From a virus, in the IMG/VR virus record IMGVR_UViG_3300032308_002010, positions 32,001-96,000 of that record: DNA of 64,000 nucleotides; one strand, 5' to 3'. Under the pieces are notes generated by a model. That model was not told the DNA's origin and searched no databases. It saw only the letters and a program-made list of their open reading frames with translations. Made by a program: the position numbers and the translations under genes. Shown one piece after another: positions 37,195 to 46,976 of the stretch. The stretch's first letter is position 1; every line of letters begins with the position of its first letter.

Positions 37195-39075
37195 TCACGG
37201 CTTCCACCCGCTTGTTGTGCCTGTTACGCCAAACTGCTCGCCCTGCGCTAATGCCGGCACATAACTGCTTCCCGCGGTATCGCTACTTAGCCCGCGCTGG
37301 ACGCTATTCATAAGTCCTTTTTCCTGATACGAACCCAACATGCGGGTCATCCAGTCCGGGTCGTTTGAGATATTCGCCATGCCGCGCACCATTTCAGGCT
37401 GGAACGGCGGCGGCTCTTTATGGGCTTGAATCGTTTTTACGCCGTATTTATTCAAATTGCTCAGCACGTTTTTACCGATCTTTGTGCCAATTGAATAGTG
37501 CAATACCGGTTTTTCAAGATAATGCCCGGTTAATGTGTTAGGCGCGGCAGAAACGCTGCCTTCGCGCGGCGTCCAATTACGCTCAATAGTTGAATACGGC
37601 ACAACGTCGTCGGGTACGTAATCGCCGTACTCGTCATTTAATCGAACGTGATTGACAAGACCGCGCGCCAGTAGCTCGATGTTGCGCCTGTGGGCTGTAA
37701 TACCGCTGTTACCCATGACCTGCCGCATTGCTTGTACAAAATAACGCCGGCCCTCGCCTACGCCTTTGTGCCGAACAATTTCTGCTGGATTTGGCATACC
37801 CTCTGATATAACGTCTCCAGCTTCAAGCTCATCGCCTTTTTTAACCGACAAATTTCTCTCTGTCGGCACGTAGTGGTCCTGACCGTTGATCTGCACATAG
37901 TGCCCGCCCTGCGGAGCCGGGCGAACTTCTTGTACCCGGCCGTCGAGCTGCGCGTGCACGGCGCCATCTGGATATTTCTTCGGGACCTGTACAAGCGCGT
38001 TGAGCGCTTTAAAACCCGAAATTGCACCTGCGCCGCCAACACCGCCAGAGTGCTTTGAGCTAATCTGGCTTTGCGTGACAGGTTCCGACAGCGCTTGTGC
38101 CGCGGTAATACCCACATAATCTCCAATAGGCGGCAAACGGCCTTTTTCCCTATAGCCAACGTCTTTTGCATAAACTCCGCCGTCTCCGGGCCCGCCAACA
38201 ATAGGACTGCGAACTAAGATATCTTTAGCGCCGCTCTCTTTCAGATCACGCAAGATCTTTGGCGTCAGCAGCGTATTGCGTTTGTACGGCCCAACCGCGC
38301 GCGCCAGCATTGCGCCCTCATTGTCTGGGTCGTCTACGTCTGTGGGATACCCGCGCTCTTCGGCCATTGCGCGGCGCTCTTCGTCGGTGTCGTCATCGTC
38401 GTCTGCCGTAACGAGCAGGCGGTGTGTCATCTGCGCCAACTGCTTACCGTAGAAGCCGGCATCGGCGGTAGCTGTCTTCAAGTCGATTACGCCCTTGCGG
38501 GTACCGAATGCGCCGGCAAAGTATTCAACGGGGCGTAAGCCTTGGCTATACCCGCGCAGCACAGGAATTGGAATCGGGTCGCCGCGGTGATCAAGGTACT
38601 GCATGTCAGCGCCGAGGATCGAGTTTAGCTGAAACTTATTGCCGACGCCTGCGCCCGCGATTTGATGCACCAGTGGATTGTCTTGACCTTCCGCTTCTTT
38701 GTACACCTTATCCAGCAGTTCTTGCTGTGCCGCCTGCGCGAGCTCAAGTAACTTGATGTTGCGCTGTTTTTCGTCCATCCGGCGGTCGTCAAAGATATCG
38801 CGCATTTGGTTTTGTACGCGCAATTGAACGTTGCGGGCGGCGAGCGTTGGCCGAATGTCTTTAAGCCCGAACGATAGCCCGTTTGTCGTATAGCCCGCGT
38901 CACGCCCAATGTCGTGAAGGCGCTTCATGACCTCGCGATATTTTTCTGGGTGTTTTTTCGCTAATTCGGTCGCAACGCCGGACATCGTCTTCTTGTTAAG
39001 CACGCGGTCGTAGTCGCGCATTTCGGGCGGCAACGCTTCATTAATCAGAAGTTGTCCAAGCGTTGTCTTCAACAT
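37195..39075 (-). CDS. rpoC: Multisubunit RNA polymerase, beta' C-terminal part
   Basis: KTTLGQLLI start; bridge helix YFAGAFGTRKGVIDLKTATADAGF; trigger loop GITAAQALSEPVTQSQISSKHSGG; RRNIELLARGL. Confidence 0.9.
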   Translation of the reverse strand: MLKTTLGQLLINEALPPEMRDYDRVLNKKTMSGVATELAKKHPEKYREVMKRLHDIGRDAGYTTNGLSFGLKDIRPTLAARNVQLRVQNQMRDIFDDRRMDEKQRNIKLLELAQAAQQELLDKVYKEAEGQDNPLVHQIAGAGVGNKFQLNSILGADMQYLDHRGDPIPIPVLRGYSQGLRPVEYFAGAFGTRKGVIDLKTATADAGFYGKQLAQMTHRLLVTADDDDDTDEERRAMAEERGYPTDVDDPDNEGAMLARAVGPYKRNTLLTPKILRDLKESGAKDILVRSPIVGGPGDGGVYAKDVGYREKGRLPPIGDYVGITAAQALSEPVTQSQISSKHSGGVGGAGAISGFKALNALVQVPKKYPDGAVHAQLDGRVQEVRPAPQGGHYVQINGQDHYVPTERNLSVKKGDELEAGDVISEGMPNPAEIVRHKGVGEGRRYFVQAMRQVMGNSGITAHRRNIELLARGLVNHVRLNDEYGDYVPDDVVPYSTIERNWTPREGSVSAAPNTLTGHYLEKPVLHYSIGTKIGKNVLSNLNKYGVKTIQAHKEPPPFQPEMVRGMANISNDPDWMTRMLGSYQEKGLMNSVQRGLSSDTAGSSYVPALAQGEQFGVTGTTSGWKP

Positions 39076-39076
39076 G

Positions 39077-39316
39077 TCACGGCGTCCAAACTATGTTTTG
39101 CAACGACTTGGGCTGAAAGTCAGTTACAACAACTGTTTTATTGATACCTAGCGCCCGTAACATAGGATGAAAATCTTTTTCACCCACTGTCGAATACACA
39201 ACGGCTTCGTCGACCTGAATGGCGACAAATAACGGATTGCCTAGATCGTCTTCGACAACGACGCTGTGGGCTTTCTGTTCAGCGGGTTGAAGGCCGTGCT
39301 GCGTTTTAACCAGCAT
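39077..39316 (-). CDS. Small hypothetical protein between the RNAP genes
   Basis: 79 aa, overlaps the upstream stop. Confidence 0.5.
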   Translation of the reverse strand: MLVKTQHGLQPAEQKAHSVVVEDDLGNPLFVAIQVDEAVVYSTVGEKDFHPMLRALGINKTVVVTDFQPKSLQNIVWTP

Positions 39317-40031
39317 TGTCCGCGATACTCCGAATCATGGCGGCGATAGCATTTGCTTTAATCTGCATTGCCGTAGGCGCGTTCGGATTCGCGTAGCTGG
39401 GGCCAAACGGCCGACCAATCGAAGACGCCGACTTCTCGGCGCGGTCCCACCAAGCAGCCTTAGCGGGGTCGCCTTCCGGGGGTGCTGCGTTCGGCGGCAT
39501 CGGGCCGCCCGGCGGTAGCGGACCGCCCGGGGGTTGCATACCAGCTTGCGCGTTCGGGTCTTGCGGCGGCGGGGCCATAGGGCCGCCGGGAAGCGCTGTT
39601 TCGGCCGGCGGGGCACCGGTCGTTCCGGGCGGAAGCACAAGAGACTCTGGCGGGACTTGCACGCCCATCGCGTTCATGATTGCGGTGAGCTGCTGCTGCA
39701 TGTTGTACAGTCTGTAGTCGAGCATTTGCATCATCTGCTCAGGTTTAAGCTTTTGCTGCGCGCCAGCTGGGGCTGCACCCGGGGCAGCGGGAGCGGCGGG
39801 CGCTGCAGGAGGAGCAGCTGGCGGCGCCATTCCCATGGCCGCAGGATCAGCCGGCGGCGCGGCGGCTGCAGCAACAGCAGACGGATCAGCCGGCGGGACG
39901 GCCCCCATGGCGGCGGGATCAACCGGCGCGGCACCGGCGGCAGCGGGATCCACTGCCGCTCCGGGCACTAATGCGGATTTTTCAAAGCGCGCCTTCGCCA
40001 GCGCAATGAGTTCGGGGTTTACCGTGAACAT
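39306..40031 (-). CDS. Pro/Ala-rich low-complexity protein
   Basis: 241 aa; FEKSA near the N-terminus and AEKSAS near the C-terminus; RBS AAC-AUGGAG-GUU. Confidence 0.55.
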   Translation of the reverse strand: MFTVNPELIALAKARFEKSALVPGAAVDPAAAGAAPVDPAAMGAVPPADPSAVAAAAAPPADPAAMGMAPPAAPPAAPAAPAAPGAAPAGAQQKLKPEQMMQMLDYRLYNMQQQLTAIMNAMGVQVPPESLVLPPGTTGAPPAETALPGGPMAPPPQDPNAQAGMQPPGGPLPPGGPMPPNAAPPEGDPAKAAWWDRAEKSASSIGRPFGPSYANPNAPTAMQIKANAIAAMIRSIADNAG

Positions 40032-40052
40032 ACAACCTCCATGTTTAACGAT

Positions 40053-43000
40053 TTACGTATTATCTTCCACAATATGCACTGGGGTGTCCACCTCTATTTC
40101 GCCGCGCCGGTACGCCTGTACGGCATCCTGTTTGCTACGAAATACGCGTGGTTTGGACTTCTTACTAATCCGACTAGACGCCAAGTATAGGCCAGTTTGA
40201 TAGTCTTTGTTAGGCACATAGTGCGCTTTGAAAGTCGACGCTGCAAACAAGTTCTTGCTCGGCAACATCTTTTCTACAGCTTCTTTTGCCGCATCTTCTG
40301 TGCTCGGGACGTGATACTGCATTGCGTCGCCGTCAAAATCGGCGCCAAACCCCTTTGTAATAACGGGGTTTACTTCCATGACTTTGTTCTTAGTTAACTT
40401 GGGGTAGAACGCCATCATGCCGTAACGGTGGAGCACCGGCGCGCGATTAATAACAATTGGACGCGAGGACATCTGCCGGTCTAACTCCGCCCCGGCTTCT
40501 TTGTTCTTGTCCTCGACAGCCTGTAGCGCCTGCATACGCGGTAGACCGCGGCGCACAAGACCCCGCACCACGAATGGCTTGTAAATATCCCACGCTTTCT
40601 CTTCCGGCAGCGCAACCTCGTCCATGTCCAAATCGGGGTTGGGTGTAATGACTGCGCGGCCAACAAGGTCGACTGTCGAGCTGAGCAGTTTGCGCTGGAC
40701 TGTGCCGTACTTGGGCGAGTTACCAAACACATGCCGCAGGAAACCCTTAACGTTGCGCTCGACGTTCTTGGGCTGCTGCGGTTCGCCAAGGCCGCTCACG
40801 GCTTTCATAGAGTCATAGACGCTCAGCCGCTCATCACCGTAATCAGCCAACGTGCCCGACGCTTCTTTCAGCGTGTCATTCGCGTCGAGTAGTTCTTTGT
40901 ACAAATAGTTAGCGTCAGCCACGAGCGGCAGTTTTTTACTGCCCATTGTGCTCACTGGGCGGAAGAGCGGCGGCAAGACGGGAACTTTATTGATCATCCA
41001 GTCTTTGGGGTGCACACCAGTTGTCTCGGCGCTTTTCAAAAAGCCAAGCCGGCGGACAGCAGCATCGCGTAGTGTTTTGCGGCCGGATTTAATATCTAAA
41101 CGCGCCTGCTCAATTGCCTTCGGTAAATTAATACGTTCTAGTGCGGCCTTAATCGCAACGGGTCCGGTTTTGTCGCCCAGCTGCTCACGCCCGGCTAGCA
41201 CGCTGCGGAACTGCTTTTCAGTCATGCCCAGCACGCGCCGAATTGGGTCTTCCATAACTGGGTTAGGAAGCGGCTCGTGCAGCGTAATCTTGCTCCATCG
41301 GTTACCGCCGTGACCGCCAGTCAACGTTTCATCGAAGAGGCCGCCCGCGATTGGCTTGAGCCGGCCCTTCCAGTCAACCGTCTCGGAACTCTTTAACTCA
41401 CGGGCGCCTGCTAGCTCGTCGACGTCTTTGTCGGTCATAGCCATCAGATTTGAGCGCGTACCCTTACGCACGACGTTAATACCAGACGCCTTGAGCTGCG
41501 TGACGAACTTCTCGTAGACATGGGGCACCTTGGGAAGCGGCGGAGTGTAGCCGGCCATGAACTGCGACCAATACTCTGGGTTCGCTTGTCCGCGCACCAT
41601 CTTGGCGTCGCGAATAACTTTACCGGCACCGTGAGAAAGTAACGCGCCAAGGTCGAGCATGCCGACGCGCTTGGCGCCTTCGCTGCCGCCTTTAGCCGGC
41701 GTGCCCTCAGCGGTGTACGCGCCCATCGACCGGCCCTGCGCTTTTGACTCGCTGGTGTGGTGCAACTTCATGAAAAACCGGCTACCAGTCAGTACGCCGC
41801 CGATTTTACGTCCTGTTTCAGGATCGATGACGTCTTCGGTATCTGACAACCCGTGCTTTGAGAGTTCTTTTTGCGCAAACTCAATCAGGTCTGTTTTGTT
41901 ATCAAAGTCTTTAAGCTTGTACGACGAACCGGTTTTAGCTGCGACCTTGCCTAGCGCGGCTTCGATAACCTGCGCGGGGTTAATACGGCTGATCAGGCCC
42001 AGCGGCGAGACGAGAACTTCAAAAGGATTGCCATCGCGGTCTTTGGGCATCTGGTCGTCCGGGACAATCTCAGCCACGACACCCTTGTCGCCAAAGCGCC
42101 CGGTGAGCTTGTCGCCAACGTCCATTGGCGCTTGGTTCTTCACCACAACGCTTACGCCTTTTTTGGTGTGCATAACGTCGGTCACAATACCCGGGGCGTG
42201 ATGCTCCCACGTGATTGTGTCGTTCGTGAAGTTGCCGGCACGACCACGATGCACTTTGCCGTACACGCTGTCTTTCTTCTTAGCCACGAGCACAAGCGGA
42301 TCGCCAAATTTAACTGCGGTGCCTTTTTTAATAGCGCCGTCGTCGTCAAAGTTGTCGAGATACTTTTTGTCGTACTCGGTCGGGAACAAACTCACGAACG
42401 CCTTCTTGCCAACGTGAGTGTTGTCGTCCCACTCGGCTTCGTGCTGATACATATGCTCAGACGTTAGCCGTTTGGATGCAGATTCAGAAATTACGACTGC
42501 GTCTTCGTAGTTCTTGCCGCGAAACGGTAGATATGCCGTACGCAGATTTAAACCGAGCGCTGCGCTACCTTTTTGATCGGTAAAGTTTGAGCGCGCAAGT
42601 AACTGCCCCGGCTCGACGGTATCGCCCGGTTTTACGAGCGGCGTTTGGTGTAAAAACGTCTTCCGGTTGTACGGCATCTCGTTGTATAAATCGATCGTCT
42701 TTTTGTTGCCGTCTTTGTCACGCAGCACTATGCCATCTGGCGTGACATCAACTACCTGCGCGCGCTCAGTGGCTCGTGTCGCCCCGAGCTTTTCGCCCAT
42801 CTCGTCTTCGTGCGACACACCCTCGTCGTCTGCCTTGGCGGATTGCAGCAGCGGCGCCTCGGCGTTTACGAGCGGAAGCGCCTGCGTAAACATACGACTA
42901 CCCATGATCACGCGATGGCCTTTGATCATGGACTTAATCGGTACCATGTTGGACAGTGTCGAGAACGTCGAGTCCATGTTTGGCAGGCTGAACTGCGCTT

Positions 43001-44456
43001 CTTTTCGCGGGACGTACTTGAGCTTGCCATTTACAAGCGCCGCAACTACGGGCAACCCATTGTCTTCTTCACCGGGAAATACCAACGGCGTATCAGCTAG
43101 TTCTTGCGGCGTCTTGTACACCTTGTCGCCGGTTTTCATATCTACAACCGGCGTATACACCTTGCCGTCTGAGCCTTTCATGGCGCCGCGGGCAAACCGC
43201 ATATCAACGCCCACTTTTCCAGACTCGGGCGTGCGCAGGTAGTCGATAAACCCAAGATGGCTGGGTTGAACTGAGCGCGACTCAGCTGGCACGGCGTCCA
43301 GTGAGCCGATGCCCCCTTCGCCCATTCGGGTCACGCGCGTTTGGTGGTCAAAGATCTCGGCCGGGTTGATTTCTTCTAGGCTCGACCCAAGTCCGCTACC
43401 AATGAGCGCGGCTGAGATCGCCTTGTCGAACACGCCGGACGGAATGTGATCGATCGACTTTTTAGCGGTGGCTTTCCAGAGCAGCTTATTAAGCGACTGA
43501 CGATCTTTAGTAAACCGCTCTGCAATAAGGTCTTCCGGGCCGACGACAGACTGGTACACCATGTTGTCGCGGTCGTCGCTCTCGGCCTCGCGGCGATTGA
43601 CGGCGATAAGTTTTTTGGTGATCGCCAGAATAGTTTCCGGCGTCATGTTTTTGTACTCAGACCCCAACGTTCGGCGTGTAACTTCTGGGTCGAGTTCCGT
43701 CTTTGCGAACTCGGCAGCTACGGCTTGAGCTTTAGCGCGCGCGTCGGCACCCGCAACTTGTTTGTTAACAAGCCGGGCGTAGATCTTGTCCATCGTGCCC
43801 GCGTCGCCCTTCTCCATGTTGACGGCGGTAATCTCGTTGCCCCATGCCTTGCGGATGTCCTGATCTGACACGCCCATGGACTTGAGCAACGGCATAAGCG
43901 GGATCTGAGCCTGCCCGATGCTGATCTTGAACACACCGGTTTTGGGGTCGAGGAAGTACCGATGCGAACGGCCTTTACCGGGCAACGTGTTTACGTGCGC
44001 CTCGATCTCGCCGTTGTCTTTCTCGCGGGTAAACACGCCGGGGCGCAAGCGCATCTGGTGGGCCAGTGTGTACTCAACACCACCGTTGACGAACGTGCCT
44101 GAGTCGGTGAGATACGGCACGTGTGCGATCGTGGCGCGGCGCTGGCCAACAGGCTGGCCGGTTTTGTTATCAGTAAGCGTCCACGTACCTTGTAGCCGCC
44201 GGGCAAGTGTCCCTCTGGAAAGGACAGCTTTCTTCTGATCTGACCTTGTAAAACGGTCAGGTCCCGAGTAACCGACATCTTGAAGCTGCAGCGTATAAAG
44301 ATCGTTCTGCAGCGGCTTAAGGCCCTGCGCGCTCGTAAGCGCCTGATTAAAAATGTTATCCCGCATCATGCCGACATCGCCAAACGTGCGCATCGTGGGC
44401 GCAACCGGCGCGGGCATCGTCGGTGATTTTAAATCAGGCAGTTCGGGGGTTGGCAT
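40053..44456 (-). CDS. rpoBC: Multisubunit RNA polymerase, beta fused to the beta' N-terminal (catalytic) part
   Basis: beta motifs VPYLTDSGTFVNGG, TPESGKVG, MGSRMFTQALPL, NYEDAVVISES, GDKLTGRFGDKGVV, MKLHH, GAKRVGMLD; then beta' motifs VDLVGRAVITP, NRAPVLHR, GADFDGDAM. Confidence 0.92.
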   Translation of the reverse strand: MPTPELPDLKSPTMPAPVAPTMRTFGDVGMMRDNIFNQALTSAQGLKPLQNDLYTLQLQDVGYSGPDRFTRSDQKKAVLSRGTLARRLQGTWTLTDNKTGQPVGQRRATIAHVPYLTDSGTFVNGGVEYTLAHQMRLRPGVFTREKDNGEIEAHVNTLPGKGRSHRYFLDPKTGVFKISIGQAQIPLMPLLKSMGVSDQDIRKAWGNEITAVNMEKGDAGTMDKIYARLVNKQVAGADARAKAQAVAAEFAKTELDPEVTRRTLGSEYKNMTPETILAITKKLIAVNRREAESDDRDNMVYQSVVGPEDLIAERFTKDRQSLNKLLWKATAKKSIDHIPSGVFDKAISAALIGSGLGSSLEEINPAEIFDHQTRVTRMGEGGIGSLDAVPAESRSVQPSHLGFIDYLRTPESGKVGVDMRFARGAMKGSDGKVYTPVVDMKTGDKVYKTPQELADTPLVFPGEEDNGLPVVAALVNGKLKYVPRKEAQFSLPNMDSTFSTLSNMVPIKSMIKGHRVIMGSRMFTQALPLVNAEAPLLQSAKADDEGVSHEDEMGEKLGATRATERAQVVDVTPDGIVLRDKDGNKKTIDLYNEMPYNRKTFLHQTPLVKPGDTVEPGQLLARSNFTDQKGSAALGLNLRTAYLPFRGKNYEDAVVISESASKRLTSEHMYQHEAEWDDNTHVGKKAFVSLFPTEYDKKYLDNFDDDGAIKKGTAVKFGDPLVLVAKKKDSVYGKVHRGRAGNFTNDTITWEHHAPGIVTDVMHTKKGVSVVVKNQAPMDVGDKLTGRFGDKGVVAEIVPDDQMPKDRDGNPFEVLVSPLGLISRINPAQVIEAALGKVAAKTGSSYKLKDFDNKTDLIEFAQKELSKHGLSDTEDVIDPETGRKIGGVLTGSRFFMKLHHTSESKAQGRSMGAYTAEGTPAKGGSEGAKRVGMLDLGALLSHGAGKVIRDAKMVRGQANPEYWSQFMAGYTPPLPKVPHVYEKFVTQLKASGINVVRKGTRSNLMAMTDKDVDELAGARELKSSETVDWKGRLKPIAGGLFDETLTGGHGGNRWSKITLHEPLPNPVMEDPIRRVLGMTEKQFRSVLAGREQLGDKTGPVAIKAALERINLPKAIEQARLDIKSGRKTLRDAAVRRLGFLKSAETTGVHPKDWMINKVPVLPPLFRPVSTMGSKKLPLVADANYLYKELLDANDTLKEASGTLADYGDERLSVYDSMKAVSGLGEPQQPKNVERNVKGFLRHVFGNSPKYGTVQRKLLSSTVDLVGRAVITPNPDLDMDEVALPEEKAWDIYKPFVVRGLVRRGLPRMQALQAVEDKNKEAGAELDRQMSSRPIVINRAPVLHRYGMMAFYPKLTKNKVMEVNPVITKGFGADFDGDAMQYHVPSTEDAAKEAVEKMLPSKNLFAASTFKAHYVPNKDYQTGLYLASSRISKKSKPRVFRSKQDAVQAYRRGEIEVDTPVHIVEDNT

Positions 44457-44459
44457 GGA

Positions 44460-45314
44460 TCACCCCGCCTGCGACTGCTCAACTTGCTTCTTCAGCGCGA
44501 CGATCTCTTCGGGATCGACGTACGTCGGCAGAATACCGGCGATACGCGCTTTCGACTTTGCAGCCTCTTCAACCGCTTTTGCGCGGGAACGTTCGCGGGC
44601 GCGGTCGTACATAAGCTTCGCAGCTAAACCGCCAAGGCCCAGACCCCCGGCCACATATGTACCGCCGAGCGCCGCAGGTACACGCTTGGCTGTGTCGTAC
44701 GCGCTGGTGAGCCAGTCGAGCAACGCCTTTTTCTCGGCGGCTGCTTTTTCACTCGCCGCGTCATATGCGCTATCGAGCGCTTTGGCAGAGCCGCCCGTCA
44801 GCGCGTCGTAATATTCTTTTTCAGCGGCAGCAATTTGCTCCTGCTGATCGCGTTTCTTTTTACGCTTGTGCAGCGTTTCGATTAGTTTGTAGCCGCCGAG
44901 TCCGCCCAGTGCCGCTGCGCCAAACGTCGCGCCTGTACCGAATGACGAGCGAATGACGTTTGGGTCGTACGAGTTCTGGCCTTTGTTTGTCGCGGGCGTA
45001 AACGGCCGTAAAAAGCTGAGCACCGAGTCAGGCAGCATCTTGCCGACGCCCTCGGTGACGTTGTCGTAAATGCCGGCCGCTTTTGTCTCGGTAATCTTCG
45101 GCGTTTCTTCTTCGTTTTCTTCGTACTTGGGTTTGTTTAACGCCTGCGACAATCCGCGGGCCAGATAATACAAACTAGCAGCAGTAGCGCCAGCGCCAAG
45201 CCCGCCCAAACCAGTACGCACAATACGATCGCCCCAGAAGCGCTGGTAATCTTGGGCGGTAGGTTGGCCAACAGGGGCAGCTGGTGGGACGGCATTGTTT
45301 GCGAGTTTTTCCAT
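44460..45314 (-). CDS. Putative internal virion protein with Gly-rich hydrophobic helices
   Basis: 284 aa; starts MEKLA; TKAAG, EKAAAEKKA; three GxxxG segments. Confidence 0.5.
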   Translation of the reverse strand: MEKLANNAVPPAAPVGQPTAQDYQRFWGDRIVRTGLGGLGAGATAASLYYLARGLSQALNKPKYEENEEETPKITETKAAGIYDNVTEGVGKMLPDSVLSFLRPFTPATNKGQNSYDPNVIRSSFGTGATFGAAALGGLGGYKLIETLHKRKKKRDQQEQIAAAEKEYYDALTGGSAKALDSAYDAASEKAAAEKKALLDWLTSAYDTAKRVPAALGGTYVAGGLGLGGLAAKLMYDRARERSRAKAVEEAAKSKARIAGILPTYVDPEEIVALKKQVEQSQAG

Positions 45315-45326
45315 AAATGAGGCTCA

Positions 45327-45674
45327 CTAATTTTTGGGCGGAATCATGCCATAAACCTGCGCCCACTCTAACCAAACACGAAAATGTTTATTCTCGTCGT
45401 CCCAGTTGTCGTTGCGCTTCAGTAGCCGATACCAACCGTTCACTATTTTATCGTTTATGTCGTCAAATTCTGCTTTTTGCGTCACATCCCACAGTTCAAA
45501 CATCCGAGACTTAAAATCATACTGGATGTCGATGTTTTCCAGTTCTTCTTGTTTCAAGTCCGCGCGGTTACCGGAACCAATCACCGGAAAACCGTCGAGG
45601 GTGCCGGGCCAGTTCAAGCGGGCGTTGTTGTGCTGCTCGCCGCCGATTTCACCGTGATATTTGCGCAGGCTCAC
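45327..45674 (-). CDS. Hypothetical protein
   Basis: 115 aa ORF packed in the operon. Confidence 0.5.
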   Translation of the reverse strand: MSLRKYHGEIGGEQHNNARLNWPGTLDGFPVIGSGNRADLKQEELENIDIQYDFKSRMFELWDVTQKAEFDDINDKIVNGWYRLLKRNDNWDDENKHFRVWLEWAQVYGMIPPKN

Positions 45675-45677
45675 AAA

Positions 45678-46037
45678 TTACCTTTCTGGCCTATAGAGAC
45701 GTAACTTCCTATTTGTCTTAGCGCGGGCTGCGTACGCTTTATAAGCGGCAGCGAGTTCGCGCGCTTTCAAGTCTTCTTCGTCAACGTCGGGCTCCGTCAT
45801 CTTGCCCGCGACGTGCCCGGCTAGTCCGCCACCAACCGTGGCCAGCATGAGCGGCGTATACGCAATGTTTCCAAGCGCCTGAAACGAGTCAGCCATTGTT
45901 GGCAGCTGCATAGCCGCGCTTTTTACAAACGCCTCGGCGGCTTTGATGCGCGTTTCAAGCGCAGCGCCTGTTAACTGCTCTTCGGCGCAGCGGCGAAGAA
46001 ACCCGAGTTTAAAAGCTTCTTTTTCATTGACATCCAT
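45678..46037 (-). CDS. Small putative internal virion protein
   Basis: 119 aa; EAFKLGF leader, FVKSAA, then GGGLAG hydrophobic helix. Confidence 0.5.
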   Translation of the reverse strand: MDVNEKEAFKLGFLRRCAEEQLTGAALETRIKAAEAFVKSAAMQLPTMADSFQALGNIAYTPLMLATVGGGLAGHVAGKMTEPDVDEEDLKARELAAAYKAYAARAKTNRKLRLYRPER

Positions 46038-46038
46038 G

Positions 46039-46533
46039 TCAAAACTCTCCGGGCAAAATAAGTTTTTTGGTTGGCGCGCCGACAGTAAAGTCGGGCGCGG
46101 CGTACCGTCCGGTGTCTTTTCCTACCGGTAAGGCACCCGGCAACGCAGATGTAAAATTTGCGCTGCTGGCCAAAGATATCTTACTCTTTCTGCCCGGACG
46201 GTGTCGCATAAACCACGCATCAACGGCGGGATCATCGCGGTCGCCTTGTTCTTTTGCTTCTTTTGACACGGCGACCATGTTTTCAATAGCCTGCTGCAGT
46301 TCTGCTCGGTCGGCTGATAACCACGCGGCTTTTCCGGGGTTTTCAGCGGCCATATGCCGTAACCGCTTGGCCTCGTCGCTTAGAGCCTGCGCCCGCTGTA
46401 GGAACTCTTTGCGGGTAAGCACAAAAAACTCGCCGGTTTCCTCGTCATGCAGGCAGATGAAACCGTTTTGCGCGTAAAATTTAAGCCCGCGATACGAATA
46501 GCATTTGCCTGTTGAGCCGTGAACAGCGGTCAT
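46039..46533 (-). CDS. Hypothetical protein
   Basis: 164 aa ORF with AAGGTG SD. Confidence 0.5.
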   Translation of the reverse strand: MTAVHGSTGKCYSYRGLKFYAQNGFICLHDEETGEFFVLTRKEFLQRAQALSDEAKRLRHMAAENPGKAAWLSADRAELQQAIENMVAVSKEAKEQGDRDDPAVDAWFMRHRPGRKSKISLASSANFTSALPGALPVGKDTGRYAAPDFTVGAPTKKLILPGEF

Positions 46534-46541
46534 TAAACACC

Positions 46542-46946
46542 TTATTTACGTGACGTACCAGACCGTAGCGTACCGTTAGAGCCGGACACGGTCGTAGGAA
46601 TTGGACACCCGTCTTCGTCGCAATCTTCTTTCTTAACGGGCGGAAGCGGATTTGCCTGCAGACGCATCGACGGTCGCGGGCCGGTATTTTTCATCTCGCC
46701 GGACGTGTCGCCTGTATTTGGCTCGCAGTCGGGGCAGTCGGTCCACGGATGGTTGCTGTCGCCGGTCGGGATCTTACCGGTACCGTTACAGCGCTTGCAG
46801 TCTTTGGTGTCAACAATCGGCTTGGTTACCGGCGTATCAGGAAGCAGAGAAGCATAAGCAGCCTCTGTAGCGACCACCCCGACAAAGTCTTTTTTGGGCG
46901 GTTCTGCATGGGTCACCGGCAGTAGCGCTAAAAGCCATTCGATCAT
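46542..46946 (-). CDS. Protein with a DnaJ-type CxxCxGxG zinc motif
   Basis: CKRCNGTG...CPDC; short hydrophobic N-terminus; ATG 46946 after AGGTG. Confidence 0.55.
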   Translation of the reverse strand: MIEWLLALLPVTHAEPPKKDFVGVVATEAAYASLLPDTPVTKPIVDTKDCKRCNGTGKIPTGDSNHPWTDCPDCEPNTGDTSGEMKNTGPRPSMRLQANPLPPVKKEDCDEDGCPIPTTVSGSNGTLRSGTSRK

Positions 46947-46976
46947 CGTGATCACCTATTAAAGTTTACCAGTTCA

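Noticed and set aside
39077-39316. 79-aa MLVKT... ORF as a phage CsrA
   Set aside because: Lacks the CsrA pattern (L.L.R..GE.I.IG, VRIGI.AP, I.R.E).
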